A stretch of DNA of 64,000 nucleotides from NCBI GenBank assembly GCA_951406725.2, contig OX597819.1, positions 115,940,001-116,004,000 of the forward strand, written 5' to 3'. The position numbers were made by a program, and so were the translations under genes. The notes beneath the pieces are model-generated. The model searched no databases and was not told the DNA's origin. It saw only the letters and a program-made list of their open reading frames with translations. Shown in pieces: positions 27,680 through 40,222 of this stretch (the first letter of the stretch is position 1; each line of letters starts with the position of its first letter). Source of the stretch: Octopus vulgaris (taxonomy: Eukaryota).

Positions 27680-29086
27680 ATGTAAGTATGTATATATATA
27701 TGTGAGAAAGATTTCCAAAATATCTCTACGAGTGTCTACATATGTATAGAGAAACTTGACAGAACACATTATTTATTCTTTTTTTTTAAAATTTTTCTTT
27801 CATTAGCTTATATATATATTTTTTTATTTTACTGTTTAAATACTCTGTTACTGTTACATTTCGATTATTATGACAGCTGAATCAATCAAACCGACCTATA
27901 TTTTCAAGTTCTCCAACAAACACATTTTTGAAAAAAAAAATATTCATATTCGTTGCGAAAATAGCTTTAGACAGCCAATGCCATTTGCAACAAAATGGCG
28001 CATAAAACCAGCAATCAATCTCAGTGATGTATTTGCAATTGATGGTAAAACATATTTAGTCGTAAATATATATGAAATCCTATGTGATAAATGGAAGCGA
28101 TGAAACATTTGGAAACCGAATATCGGCATTAGCAAGAAGATATGAATAACTACAGCAGTATTTTACTAATGTGATTCATAAATTCTAATGGGGTTTCTAC
28201 TGAGAAACACTAATCTGGCTATTGATTTATGATTAAATATCTATTCTCTTTGTATTTGTTTTCATTAGTGTTTTCATAAAATAAGAAAATAAATATCAAA
28301 CGCATAATAAAGTTAGTTATACTATGATGTCAGTCTTTCTGGCAATAATTGCTTTCATTTTATGCTTCACTCGGAGATATTGAATGATTCTATAATTTTC
28401 AGTCCCATGGTCTTTGGAGAGTAGTAAAGAGATCATTTACTATATTGGCTACCCCCACTCGTCTCATCATGTCTCTATAACAAACGTGACAAATGATACA
28501 GGTCGTGATAATCGTCGCTGGGTCAACTAACAGTAAGTATAGTTTGCTAAATGTAATGGAAAGCAAATATCAAAATAAAACAACTCGCGAATATAAATAG
28601 TAAAAGAAATATTTTCAATCTATTTGTGTTGAGAGAAGCGCTTCGACTGCAGATTCATTCAGCCGTAGAGAAAGGAAATCGAAGTTGTTGGAATATTCCC
28701 TACAATATTTGTTTTAGTACTGCAGATAATGTAACAGTAATTGAATACATATAAATAAAGAATAAAATTAAATATACAGATATCTTGTTTAGGTTCTGTC
28801 AATGCTTTCTTTGTAAAGACATATTGAGAATAAATTACATATAAAAATAATTTACAGAAATACGCATTACTGAATCTTAATATTATTTTGACACATCAGA
28901 TGGAAAGTGCTCTCTCGGTTAATCTGAAACACAAGCACCAAGCAAGCGGTTGATAAATGGTTCGAATAATGTCGGCAGAACTCATGTCTTTTCTTAACTT
29001 AAATTCTTACGTATTTGTATTTAGATTTATACACACTCGCTCTTACTCCACACACAAACACACACATACACTCACATACACACACG

Positions 29087-29127
<41 letters not shown>

Positions 29128-29914
29128 ATATATATATATAAAATATTTACGTTCGTTTTATGTCGAGTTATATTAAAAAATAACCGCTGTATGATTCAAC
29201 ATTTGATTGAGACACTAAGCAATATATAAATTGCTACATCAAACCTATCTGTACGCCGCCTACTTATCATTCACTTAGATTTAGCTATCAAAGAATATGT
29301 GAAGCTAAACTGAACCGAAATAAAACACATTCTAACGAAAGCAAGCAAACAAATCTTCGAAATCAATCAAATTTAACCAGTAAAAAATTCATATGCGCGC
29401 GTACACACTCACTCACACACAGAGACACAAAGACACACACACATGCAAATATATAGATCACAGATGAGATCCAGATATTCTCTGTATAGAAGACACTTAG
29501 TAGCGCTCAACAGTTTCAAACTTAGACTCCTATGTCTTTACAGGGGATCATTCCACAAGCTAAAGCAAGTCTGTAAGAGGGATCATGTTGAGCTGGTACA
29601 GAAGCAATTAAGCGGATAATCAAATTAGTCACATCAAATAAATGAAAATATTCAATACATCAAATACAAAATATGTATATATGTATAGGAGTGTAAGCAA
29701 AAGGTGGGAATTTCGAGATGAATATATAGATATTTATATTAATAGGTCCAACTTACACATAAACGATAGAGAGAATGGTAGGGTGGAAGAGAGGTGTTTC
29801 TGCAGACTCGGCGATCCATAATAATATTAGTAGATTTAGTGTATCACAATATGTGGCCCTATGGATGCAGTTAACAGGGGACGAGACCAAGTCTCCCTCA
29901 TCGGGCTAGAGATC

Positions 29915-30110
29915 TTAATGCGTGTACCGTTGGTGATTTTTTTCCTCTGTCTTCCCTCCTCTGGATCTTTCCTTCTCCTATGTTTCCAACGAAGAGCTCC
30001 GCTGGAAACGTTAAACCCTCATTCTTTCCTTCTTGCCTGAGCGTCCAATACTATATTTGTTCCACGTCCTAGCGTTGTGTTTTTTTGTGCTTTCTTGTTT
30101 GGATTAACTT

Positions 30111-30115
<5 letters not shown>
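29915..30115 (+). mobile_element. Penelope-like pseudo-LTR fragment (family H1) with a degenerate minimal hammerhead at 29982-30016
   Basis: GTTT CCAACGA A GAGC TCC GCTG GAAA CGT T AAAC, then the CCTGAGCGTCCAATA...CCACGTCCTAGCGTTGT tail running into (TA)n. Confidence 0.6.
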
Positions 30116-30146
<31 letters not shown>

Positions 30147-30152
30147 GAAAGG

Positions 30153-31825
30153 GGAGGGTGCGTAAGGTATTTGAATACGTATCTTTTTGGGGTCCTTTTT
30201 GCGTTTTTTCCCTAACTCTGTATGATCTTTATGTCAGAAAGTAATAATAGCAAATCCTCAGCTTACTCAAGAAATGAAGAGGCATGCTGTTATAGTGGTT
30301 ATAAAGGATGAGTATAGCGATTTAGAAATATCTCGATTTTTAAAAGTTGCCAGATCTTTCGTCTACAAAGTTTGGAAAGAGCTAGAGACTGAAGATGGAA
30401 ACGTATCACCAGTATCAAAGCATAAAAAGCACTCTAAAGACTATGAAATCATCGGAACACCTGAATGTACCTCAAGTTCAGCACACCATTGATTACAAGC
30501 CCAGAAAGCCCATGAGGTCAACTGCAAAAGATCTCCATGTGCCAGAAGGAACAGTCAGAAATGTTGACCAAGAAGACATCAGATATGTCTTATATGATAA
30601 GGAAAGGTCAATTTGTCGGAAAAAGCAAAAGAAAATTACTACATCAGATCTAAAAGGCTCTTAAACAAATTGAAAAGTCCAGCAGAAGAAGATTTGATTT
30701 GGTTTTTTTCAAACGAGAAAAACTTCGACTAAGTTCAAAAAGTTAACAGACGAAATGACAGATTGTTATGCGCAGACACTTCTGGAGTTCCAAGTGCTAT
30801 GCATGCAAAATTTCCTGCTACTGTCATGGTTTTAGGGGTTGTCAGTAATGAAGGGCATGTGATGCCTCCTTACGTCTTTCCATAAGGCCTTAGAGTTAAC
30901 TGTGCTGCCTACATTGAGGTCCTGGAAATAATTGATAAGCTCTGGATAGACATTGTATGCAATGGAAGGTCATACGTGTTTCAGTAAGACTCTGACCTAT
31001 CACATATGGCTCTAGTAACACAGGAATGGATCGCTGAAAAGTTTCACGATCGCATAATCTCTCATGGTCTCAAAAATTTGTCCTACGAAGAAAGGCTGAG
31101 GACGCTCGACCTTTATTCTCTTGAAAAACGCCGCCGCCGTGGTGATCTCATTCTCGCCCACAACATCATAAGCGGGAAGTGTAACCTCTCGAAAGAGCTG
31201 TTCTTCACTCCTGCTCCGGAGCGTCGGCTGCGGGGTCATTCCGAAAAGCTCTACCTGCGACGATTTCATCTCAATCGAAGGAGAGGAGCTTTCTCCGTCC
31301 GGGTTGCGGATCCGTGGAACAAGCTGCCAGATGAGATGGTGAAGATGCCGACGACCGCTTTGTTCAAAGCCTCCCTGGACCTCAAGTGGCCTGAACTCTT
31401 TACATGAACACCACCCTATACTTAATTCCATGTCCCCCTACATGGCCTTGCTATTTGCTTTTGAGCAAAATTAACTAACTAACTAACTAACTAACATTTG
31501 GGTTCCTAATACCCCAGATCTCAATCAATTCGACTATTACACGAGGAGCATTGTTGCGTGAGAGGTCAATGAACACGCCCATCACACCAAAGTGTCTTTG
31601 AAAGCTGCCATAGTCAGAGTAATGTCCAAAATGAACCAGGACCACCTGATTCGAGCATGCAGGCGATTTAGATCTTATATAGAAACAGTTGTTGAAGCTG
31701 AAGATGGCTTTATTGAATAAAATTATAGAAAAGAAGGTTTATTTTTATCCTCATGGCATTTTTTGATAAATAAGGTTATTAAATATTTTTTATGGATATA
31801 TATCTGTCCTCAAATGTCTTACGTT

Positions 31826-31829
<4 letters not shown>
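30153..31829 (+). mobile_element. Tc1/mariner DD37D (maT-like) transposon, decayed, interrupted by a CR1 LINE
   Basis: WFFSNEKNF, KFPATVMVLGVVSNEGHVMPP, YVFQ*DS..SH, resuming after the insert as NIWVPNTPDLNQFDY. Degenerate TIRs GGGTGCGTAAGGTATTTGA and TCAAATGTCTTACGTTCCC. Confidence 0.85.
31063..31494 (+). mobile_element. 5'-truncated CR1-clade LINE 3' end with (AACT)n tail
   Basis: LSYEERLRTLDLYSLEKRRRRGDLI...RLRGHSEKL...FSVRVADPWNKLP is the classic CR1 ORF2 C-terminus. Short 3' UTR and (AACT)n tail; no stops. Confidence 0.92.
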
Positions 31830-31887
<58 letters not shown>

Positions 31888-32806
31888 TATATATATATAT
31901 ATAAATATATATATTATATATAAATATATATATATATATAAAACATATATATACATATATACACACACACACACATACACATATACAAACACACATATAT
32001 TTATACATACATATGTGCGTGTGAGTGAAAGTAGCTTATGAATTGTAATAAGATTATGCATACAAAATTCATTAAATACTCTAACAGGAAATCTGTTAAC
32101 CGACTTCATATTGATTTGTTCATAGTCTATATCAGGGTATTCACTTAGTACATATTGTCTGTGAATATACATTATGGTGAGAAATGGAAAACAATTAACA
32201 AATGATTAATTCTTCTGCGGCTTGACAAGAAATTAAATAAAACACAATAGAACAGTATCTCAACATGTAATTGCAACATGATCGTGTATGAAATATTACC
32301 TCTTCTGTCCTTCACAATAATAAAAAAAATACCCTTGTCCTATATGGTGCAAGCGGTACAACAGGAAATTGATTTATACTAGCTATAATAAGTATGTTAC
32401 TGAAAATATGTATTCGTTGATAAACCTGTTGTCGACAATGAAGTCCGCAAAACTATTATATTTTGGACATTGTGCAACAAGTCAGAAACCTAGACAATCC
32501 TCAAATAAAACAGTAAAAGGAACAGAACTCAGGGGCTTGAAATACGTTTGCAAACTGATGGCATCAAAGACTGGAGTCGAAGGAGAGTCTAACCGAACGT
32601 ATGTAAGCATAGAACTGCAGATTGTTAGCAAGTGAAAAATTTGACACAGGAAAAGCATCAGACTGACGGATTATATGGCTATACGCATCTTTATGTATAA
32701 GGAACACTTTATATTTTAGGCACATTTCATAAAAAATCATTCAGTTCTTCGTATCAGTGGTTTGCAGTTAGGGGCAAATATCGCCTCTAAATATATATGA
32801 AATTGT

Positions 32807-33320
32807 CTGATAATAACAGACATAGACTTGCTTAAATGCACCAATAAATTAAAATTGATATTGTTTCACCGTTGTTACAATCATCTGAAATAGAACTGTC
32901 AAAGCTCGATATTCAAGCAATTTAGCTATTCAACTTCGAAAACCGACTGAAAGCAGCTGAAACCTTTCGTGATATCAAAGACACGTTTGGTGAGGAAATG
33001 ACCAGTGAGTGGTCAGCTCTGAAATGGTTTAAACGATTTCGCAGGGGAGAGCTGAGCCTTGAAGATTGTGGGAGTAGTGGACGCCCATCTGTCATCGATG
33101 ACGGTTAATTAAAGACCGTCATTGAGAAAGACCCACGTAAAACCACTCGAGAGCCGGCAAAAGATCTACAAGTTAGCCAGAAGACTTACTGCAATCATTT
33201 GCATGCGATCAGAAAATCAAACAAAAGAAAAACCAAAAACAAACAAAAAACAAACTGGACAAATGTGTAGGATTTCAATGAAAGTTAGAAAATGCACAGA
33301 TATCAAATTTGAAATATGAT
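32807..33320 (+). mobile_element. Truncated second copy of the 24.2-kb mariner family
   Basis: Colinear with ~24733-25210, e.g. CCATCTGTCATCGATGACGGTTAATTAAAG and GAGAAAGACCCACGTAAAAC. Confidence 0.88.
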
Positions 33321-33375
33321 CTTATCAGGTGGCCAGCATGGGAATAAAAACCTTTCAAAGGTAATAATTCTTTAA

Positions 33376-33517
33376 AATTATAATTTAAGGTATCTAAGAG
33401 ATACTTCCACGCTGAAAATAGCAGTCAAAACTTGACTCTAAAACCACATCTAATGTGGTTTTAGAGTCAAGTTTGGACTATTATTTTCAACGTGTATCTC
33501 TTAGATACCTTAAATTA

Positions 33518-33522
<5 letters not shown>
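33376..33522. repeat. Near-perfect palindrome (~70-bp arms, 3-nt loop) abutting (TA)n
   Basis: AATTATAATTTAAGGTATCTAAGAGATAC...AAACTTGACTCTAAAACCACAT-cta-ATGTGGTTTTAGAGTCAAGTTT...GTATCTCTTAGATACCTTAAATTATAATT. Confidence 0.88.
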
Positions 33523-33570
<48 letters not shown>

Positions 33571-33607
33571 TCAAAAATTGTGAAGCATGACTGTCAACAC
33601 TACTACA

Positions 33608-33652
33608 TGAACCCGAAGATTGCAGAATTCAATGCATGAAAGTACTAGTTCA
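33608..33652 (+). ncRNA. Minimal type I hammerhead motif (CCGAAGA core variant)
   Basis: TGAAC CCGAAGA tTGCA gaattcaa TGCAt GAAA GTAC TA GTTCA. 5-bp stem I, 4-bp stem II, palindromic AGTACT stem III. Confidence 0.65.
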
Positions 33653-33831
33653 ATCAGAATGAATATTTAACATTCTACTATTTCATTTTATTTTATCCAA
33701 TTATAATATATTATCTTATAATATATCATTATAAGATTGTAAATAAAACGTGAAAATCAGACAAGGTTGGAATTCTTTTTATTAATATATTCTTCTATAC
33801 ACAATCACACACACCCATATATATATATATC

Positions 33832-33879
<48 letters not shown>

Positions 33880-34133
33880 TACATACAAACGTACACAATT
33901 TACTATGTTATTTTTATATTATAGAGTGACTAATCACCGTCAGTGAAAACCTAGTACAAACTATTTGCATTCAGTACATTTCGATAGAAGCATCAAACCT
34001 ATATAGTTATATTGTTTTATACATTCATTTCATAGCGAAAATAGCATTAGGCGACAGATCCTATTAGTAGAAAATTGATCTACATAATCAGGCTGGCTGC
34101 TGTAGTGCAATGGATGTTAATACAAATGCATTG

Positions 34134-34183
<50 letters not shown>

Positions 34184-34225
34184 TTTATTTTAAGCACAGA
34201 AAAATCACATTTATGTGTTTACTCC

Positions 34226-34302
<77 letters not shown>

Positions 34303-34751
34303 ATATATATATGATGTCGTATTGAACGTGCTATATTTAATGAATGAGATATTACGCATACGTACATACATCCATATATATGTAAAAATAAATTTCCTAC
34401 TCGCACAGGGACATATAAATATTTACTTATTCGGTTAATGCCTTCTGCCATTACTTTCACTTTCGCTAATACACTATCAATCATACTGGCTGTAATAGTA
34501 ACAAGGATTGTTGTTCAGCGTGGATATATGATGGATTAGAGTATTTGTATGCTGTAGAATAACGGCGGAAGGCGTTTGACGAATAAATATTACTGCACTT
34601 TACACCATGTGCGAGTATATTTTCACTTGACCCAATCAAACAACACACACAAACATACGTACATAAAGATGTACACACTCAGACACACACATATCCATAC
34701 ATGCATAAATATACATAAATACATATAAACACACATATACATATACATGCC

Positions 34752-34826
<75 letters not shown>

Positions 34827-34869
34827 ATGTGTGTGTATCTCTCACAATATATATATATCTATATCTATA

Positions 34870-35312
34870 TAATATAGGGTAAGATTAATAATAATAATAA
34901 TAATTTTACCAAGTGGTCAGTACGCTAAAAAACATTCTGGGTAAGTTATACACAATATTCTATAATTATATACAGAATTATAATGATGGGTCGGCTAATT
35001 GCCTTGCTACGTACTGAATTAGAAATAGACGTGTGCATATTTATTACAACACTTGCAAATTTATATTTGGATATTAGACTGATGAGAACAAAAGGAAATT
35101 ATGTTTTATTTTAAGTTCGAAACGTGTCTGTAATTAACCGCGGTCGAATTGATTCATCATTTTCCCTTTTGCCTCCATCCCAAAAAGTATGTTATCTTCT
35201 TGGAGTTTTTATGGTAGTTGAAAATACATTAGCGTCTATTTCTAAATCAGTACGTGGCGAGGCAATTAGCCGACCCCTCATTATAATTATGTATATAATT
35301 ATAGAATATTTT
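34870..35312. mobile_element. Penelope-like island with a 78-bp inverted repeat (34954-35031 / 35233-35310) enclosing a hammerhead
   Basis: Arm AATATTCTATAATTATATACA...GGGTCGGCTAATTGCCT...AGAAATAGACG and its reverse complement with a few mismatches. Microsatellites on both sides. Confidence 0.75.
35073..35134 (+). ncRNA. Type I hammerhead ribozyme motif
   Basis: ATTAGA CTGATGA GAAC...GTTC GAAA CGTG TC TGTAAT. Canonical core, 4-bp stem II base, GUC site at 35128, one mismatch in stem I. Confidence 0.72.
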
Positions 35313-35399
35313 ACATATACATACATACATACTTATACATACATGCGTGCATGCATCCATACATACGTACATATATACATACATACATACATACATACA

Positions 35400-35477
<78 letters not shown>

Positions 35478-35478
35478 C

Positions 35479-35589
<111 letters not shown>

Positions 35590-35609
35590 AAATCCCCCAT
35601 CCTCCCAGA

Positions 35610-35800
35610 AAACGAAGAACAAACACAGAAGCTACAACGCGAGGACGTCGTACATGTAAATTATTATCAGACGCTCAGAGAAGGAAAGAAAGGTGATTTA
35701 ACGCCTCAAGCAAAGCTCTTCTCAGAAAAAGAGGGAAATCCAATACAAAAGGAAGACGGAGGAATAAAAAATCGCTAACGATTTATATGTAGTTACATTT
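35610..35800 (-). mobile_element. Family H1 pseudo-LTR fragment with a decayed hammerhead (~35696-35728)
   Basis: Minus strand TTT CTGA-GA AGAGC TTT GCTT GAGG CGT T AAAT, then the CTGAGCGTC...ACGTCCTCGCGTTGT tail. Colinear with 29915-30115. Confidence 0.6.
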
Positions 35801-35812
35801 TATTTATATATT

Positions 35813-36114
35813 GATAATAAGGAGAATGTAGGATTTGAACCTTCAAAATTCATGTTTATTTCCAGTTAGTTTATTCGTAATAATAATCCGATACGTCTTT
35901 CGGTCGCACCAACTGCATATTGTTGCATATTTATATGCAGCTGTTTATGCATTATTCGTACGATCGCAATAATGATGCATAAATTGCTGCATATAAATAT
36001 GCAACAATATGCAGTTGGTGCGACCGAAAGACGTGTCGGATTATTATTACGAATAAACTAACTGGAAATAAACGTGAAGTTTGCATGTTCAAATTCTTCT
36101 TTGTCCTTATTATC
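35813..36114. repeat. Long inverted repeat (~140-bp arms, short loop)
   Basis: GTTTATTTCCAGTTAGTTTATTCGTAATAATAATCCGATACGTCTTTCGGTCGCACCAACTGCATATTGTTGCATATTTATATGCAGC is mirrored almost exactly at ~35987-36073. Outer arms are more diverged. Confidence 0.92.
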
Positions 36115-36282
36115 TGTTACCTATATTGTACTTTACAATCTAAGCAGGCAAGAAGTAAACTGTAGTATCATATGGGAGCTAAATGAAGTTTTACAAAAAT
36201 ACGCTCATCAGAAGAAACCAACCTTGGCTTTTTACACAGAGAAATTCGATATCTGCATGGATATTATATCACTCCTATTACT

Positions 36283-36326
<44 letters not shown>

Positions 36327-36392
36327 TTGTGTGTGTGTGTGTGTGTGTGTGTGTTGTGTGTATGTATGTATGTATGTATGTATGTATGTATG

Positions 36393-36441
<49 letters not shown>

Positions 36442-37004
36442 TAATACTAAGCAATAAAGGGTTTAGCAACGAATTGCCTAGTATTACTTACATTTTCCTC
36501 GAATGAGGCTTTTACATGCCGAAGACTACTTGGTGTAATTGATAATTATTCCAAATTAATTAATTTCACCCTTCATTATTACGGATAACTATATATATAT
36601 GTATATATTCGGTAGAAATCAACTTTCGACAGAACAGGATGTCTTCTTAAACTCAGTAAATCCGTCAAAAGGTTTCGAGTTCCAAGACGTTTCTGTCCCT
36701 GTATTTCTTCTGAGAGGAGAAAGAGTTGCATATCACTGAAATCACTTTCAATGTAACCAGTTACAAAAATAGTGGCAAAACAGAGGCTGAGGTGACTAGA
36801 AACCAAGTATAATTCATGATTCCTTCAAGATGGAAATTTCTCATTGCTCCAATTAATGCCCAACTCATAGCTAAGAACCTAAACGGTAGAGTAGATTTGG
36901 AAACAATAGTAGCGACGAGCTAGTTCCACATTCGTTCAATCCTGGCGCTTCTGAATCAAGGTCTTACTATTAAATGCAGTTTGAAGCCATATACATATAC
37001 ATAC

Positions 37005-37070
<66 letters not shown>

Positions 37071-37198
37071 ATAAAACGGTAAGATAACAAAAGAAAGAAA
37101 GATACCTCAATATTATGTAAATAGAGGAAATTTATCTATACAATAAGGCATCTGAAACTCAGAGTTTTTATCTTGACTACCGAGTAATGTAACATATT

Positions 37199-37253
<55 letters not shown>

Positions 37254-37600
37254 TTTATAATAATGATATACATAATTATAACAAATGATTGGCATTACGA
37301 CTCTACATGCGCTAAAAAAAAACGTCAAATAACGCTAACAGCAACTTTTCAGCACGTGGAGAGGCATGCCAACTCCCTGTGATAATCATGCATATAATTA
37401 TTATACTATTTGTAAAATTTACCTATAAGGATTTTATTTTCGCGCTAGCCTCCTGATAAAATTATTAAAGATTTTATCCTTTATTTTATAATTAATACAT
37501 ACATAGATTGATAGATACATAATATATACATATATATAAGGACAAGAAAGAAATAGATGTGTAGACGTTACTTTATTCCAAGCTGGTACATATCCGATAA

Positions 37601-37694
37601 AAACTCTACAAGGTGTTTCCATGCCTAATTAATTCAAAGCAGAATGAAATATAATCCTTTTGAAATCACAAATAATGCTCTTCCTCAGGAATTC
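37601..37694 (-). ncRNA. Type I hammerhead ribozyme motif with long stem II
   Basis: Minus strand GAATTC CTGAGGA ...TTCAAA...TTTGAA... GAAA CACCTTG TA GAGTTT. 6-bp stem I (2 GU), intact core, ACA/TGT stem III, GUA site. The base of stem II is imperfect. Confidence 0.62.
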
Positions 37695-38974
37695 ATTCTT
37701 GGAATGAATGGGTTCTGCCAACAAAAATATAAGGACTTTTACAATAGCCCAGAAAGGAGCAAACAATGAAATTATGATAGAAATAAATTAAGCGACCGCC
37801 AGACCGATCAAAACATAAAGAAACGAAAAATATTTAAATCCACTTCAGCGTTGATTCAAATGACAATTCACGATATATAAATACTTGCTAACGACATTTG
37901 TAATTACTATCTATAGAAAAACAAAAAGGAAGATAGGCAATCAATTTACGCAGAAATTAATGAAAAATAGACTATTAACTACTAAGAATTATAGAGCTAA
38001 CTAATTAAAAGATTAAAAAATTAAAAAGCAATATATTATTATCCACTAAAACGTACTCAGTACAATAATTCAAAGTTAATATGATTTCAAACGGAAAGAA
38101 AAGAAATTCTTATATTTACAGATGTTTTCAATGTTTTCCTTCAAGTAAAACAAAGTAGTTTTCCTTCCAGATAAAGAAATAAATGAAGAAAGAAATGCAT
38201 AAATAAATAAATCAAAACGAGTGAAAAATGAGTGCAGGAAAATGTCTTCCATCTCAAAATATCAGATAGACCTAAATTAAATCTCTAAAAATTTAAAATT
38301 CAATATATAAGATTGAAAATTTAAAATTCAAAGTTTAGAATCTAAGACAAAATAAAAACCTGTTTTAAAAATAATAATAACATAAATTAAAATAAAATTC
38401 CTTATATTACATTACATTACAAATTAAACTAATCTAAGATATATAATATATATACATACATACTTACACACATAGATATATGTCCATATATATTCCATAC
38501 ACGCACATGCATATACATACACCCCCCAGACATATATAAATAACTATATATGAATATAAAACCTATATATAAAATATATATAAAAACTTTTTAAATTCAT
38601 AAAAATATTCTTAAGCTATAAATTATTCAAATCATAAGATTAAGAAATAAATTAAAAACATGTTATATAATGACTAATCATATTAATTTATTTAACTAGA
38701 AGAAATATATCAAAATCTAAAATATAACACTGGAAGGAATTTGACGAAAAAAACTAACATAACAAATGGCAATGTAAAACTCAAAAGACAAATGAGAGAA
38801 GAACAATCTTAAATAGTAAATACAAAGAGTGAAACTGTGATTATCAATCTCCTAGTAACCGGTTAATCAAATTAAACGGAATAAAACATACATAAAAAAA
38901 CCTATACATACACACACACACATACATATATACGTATATATGTATATATATATATATATATGTATAAATATATA

Positions 38975-40222
38975 TAGGACCTGTGAATGAAAAAGGCACT
39001 GGAAACACAAATATTTATTAAGAGCAAAAGACAACCGCCATCACTAAAAAAGTTAATCACCAGCACCAAATTACCCACCAAAAGTACAACCCAACCCCAC
39101 AAAGAGGGCTCAACATACAAATTTAAGTCAAGTCAAACTTTTACCATAAAAATTTATTTCATCTGTGCTTTGAAGAACTTAATCTATGTTCTAAAATGTG
39201 GAGGGCGTGGTGGAGACTACGTAGGTCAAACTAGTTTAACATTGAGGGACAGAATAACCGTGCACAGGCAACAAACCCGAGACACCATGACTAGGAAAAT
39301 TCCCGTAAGCAAACATCTAGACCAATGCTCTCTAAACATAAACTCGAAATACTAAGTCTTCCCTCTCTATCGGAAACACGTCAAACCAACTCCGTTAAAA
39401 TAAGGAAAGCATACTCATAAAAATATAAACCAACACTAAAGAGAAAAAGGAAAAAGACTCAATTTCTCCAGGAACAACAAATAATTTTAAAAACTTTATT
39501 AACAGTCTTTTACACTCCAAATCACTATGCAACCACCAGTTGACGACGTCACCTATATCTAGAAAAATGAAATTCTACGAACACCAGCTTCTGAAGTCAC
39601 ATAATTCTAGAGCAATCAAAACCAAACTTCAGCAAATACAACAAAATGACCCTTTAAGAGAATCAACCAACCGGAACTACTGATGACCGTTTCTCCAAAG
39701 AGAAGCCAACCAGGCAGAACGACAAACTTGACCACCGGAAAAACATGACATCACCAGTACTTTAATGAACCAAAAATCAGATCCGCTCGCGGAAAAATAG
39801 ATTCCAAAACACATCGCTACAAGTGAAAGTTCCTACACACAACGGAAAGAGGACCAGAGAAATTGTAAACCAAATCCCTTTTTTTACTATCTTCATTTCT
39901 CCCTTGTTTTACGACTGAAATTTTGATGATATTCATTTCTTATCGATCACTACTAACACTAATGAGCTTTGTACATTCAAATAAATTGATGCACAGTTTT
40001 GATATTATTGACTGTTATGAACATTTAAACTTGTCAACATCGAAATTTCTGAACATGCTTTCCTAATACATAATTGTAAATTTGTCTGTTATGAACATTT
40101 TAATTTGTCAGCATTGAAACTTTTAAAGATGTATTTCTAATTCCTAACTTTAAATTTTTTGATAAACAAAAAATATTGTTGAAACTAGTTTGGTATATAT
40201 GTAAATAAATCTATTTTAAACA
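38975..40222 (+). mobile_element. Penelope-like retroelement 3' portion: GIY-YIG endonuclease relic (38987-39355), 3' non-coding region and terminal hammerhead-like motif
   Basis: KSKRQPPSLKKLIT linker, then C..KNLIYVLKCGGRGGDYVGQT..TLRDRITVHRQQ...VSKHLDQC, typical of PLE C-terminal GIY-YIG. Hammerhead-like motif at 40159-40190 followed by AATAAA. The 5' end abuts (TA)n. Confidence 0.82.
40155..40194 (+). ncRNA. Hammerhead-like motif with U3-A8 core, stem I decayed
   Basis: TTGATAA ACAA aaaata TTGT t GAAA CTAG TT, with palindromic ACTAGT stem III. Confidence 0.45.

Noticed and set aside
36490-36530. Hammerhead-like ATGAGGC...GCCGAAG (similarly weak candidates near 29500 and 57530)
   Set aside because: The core boxes are broken and stem I/III pairing is unconvincing.
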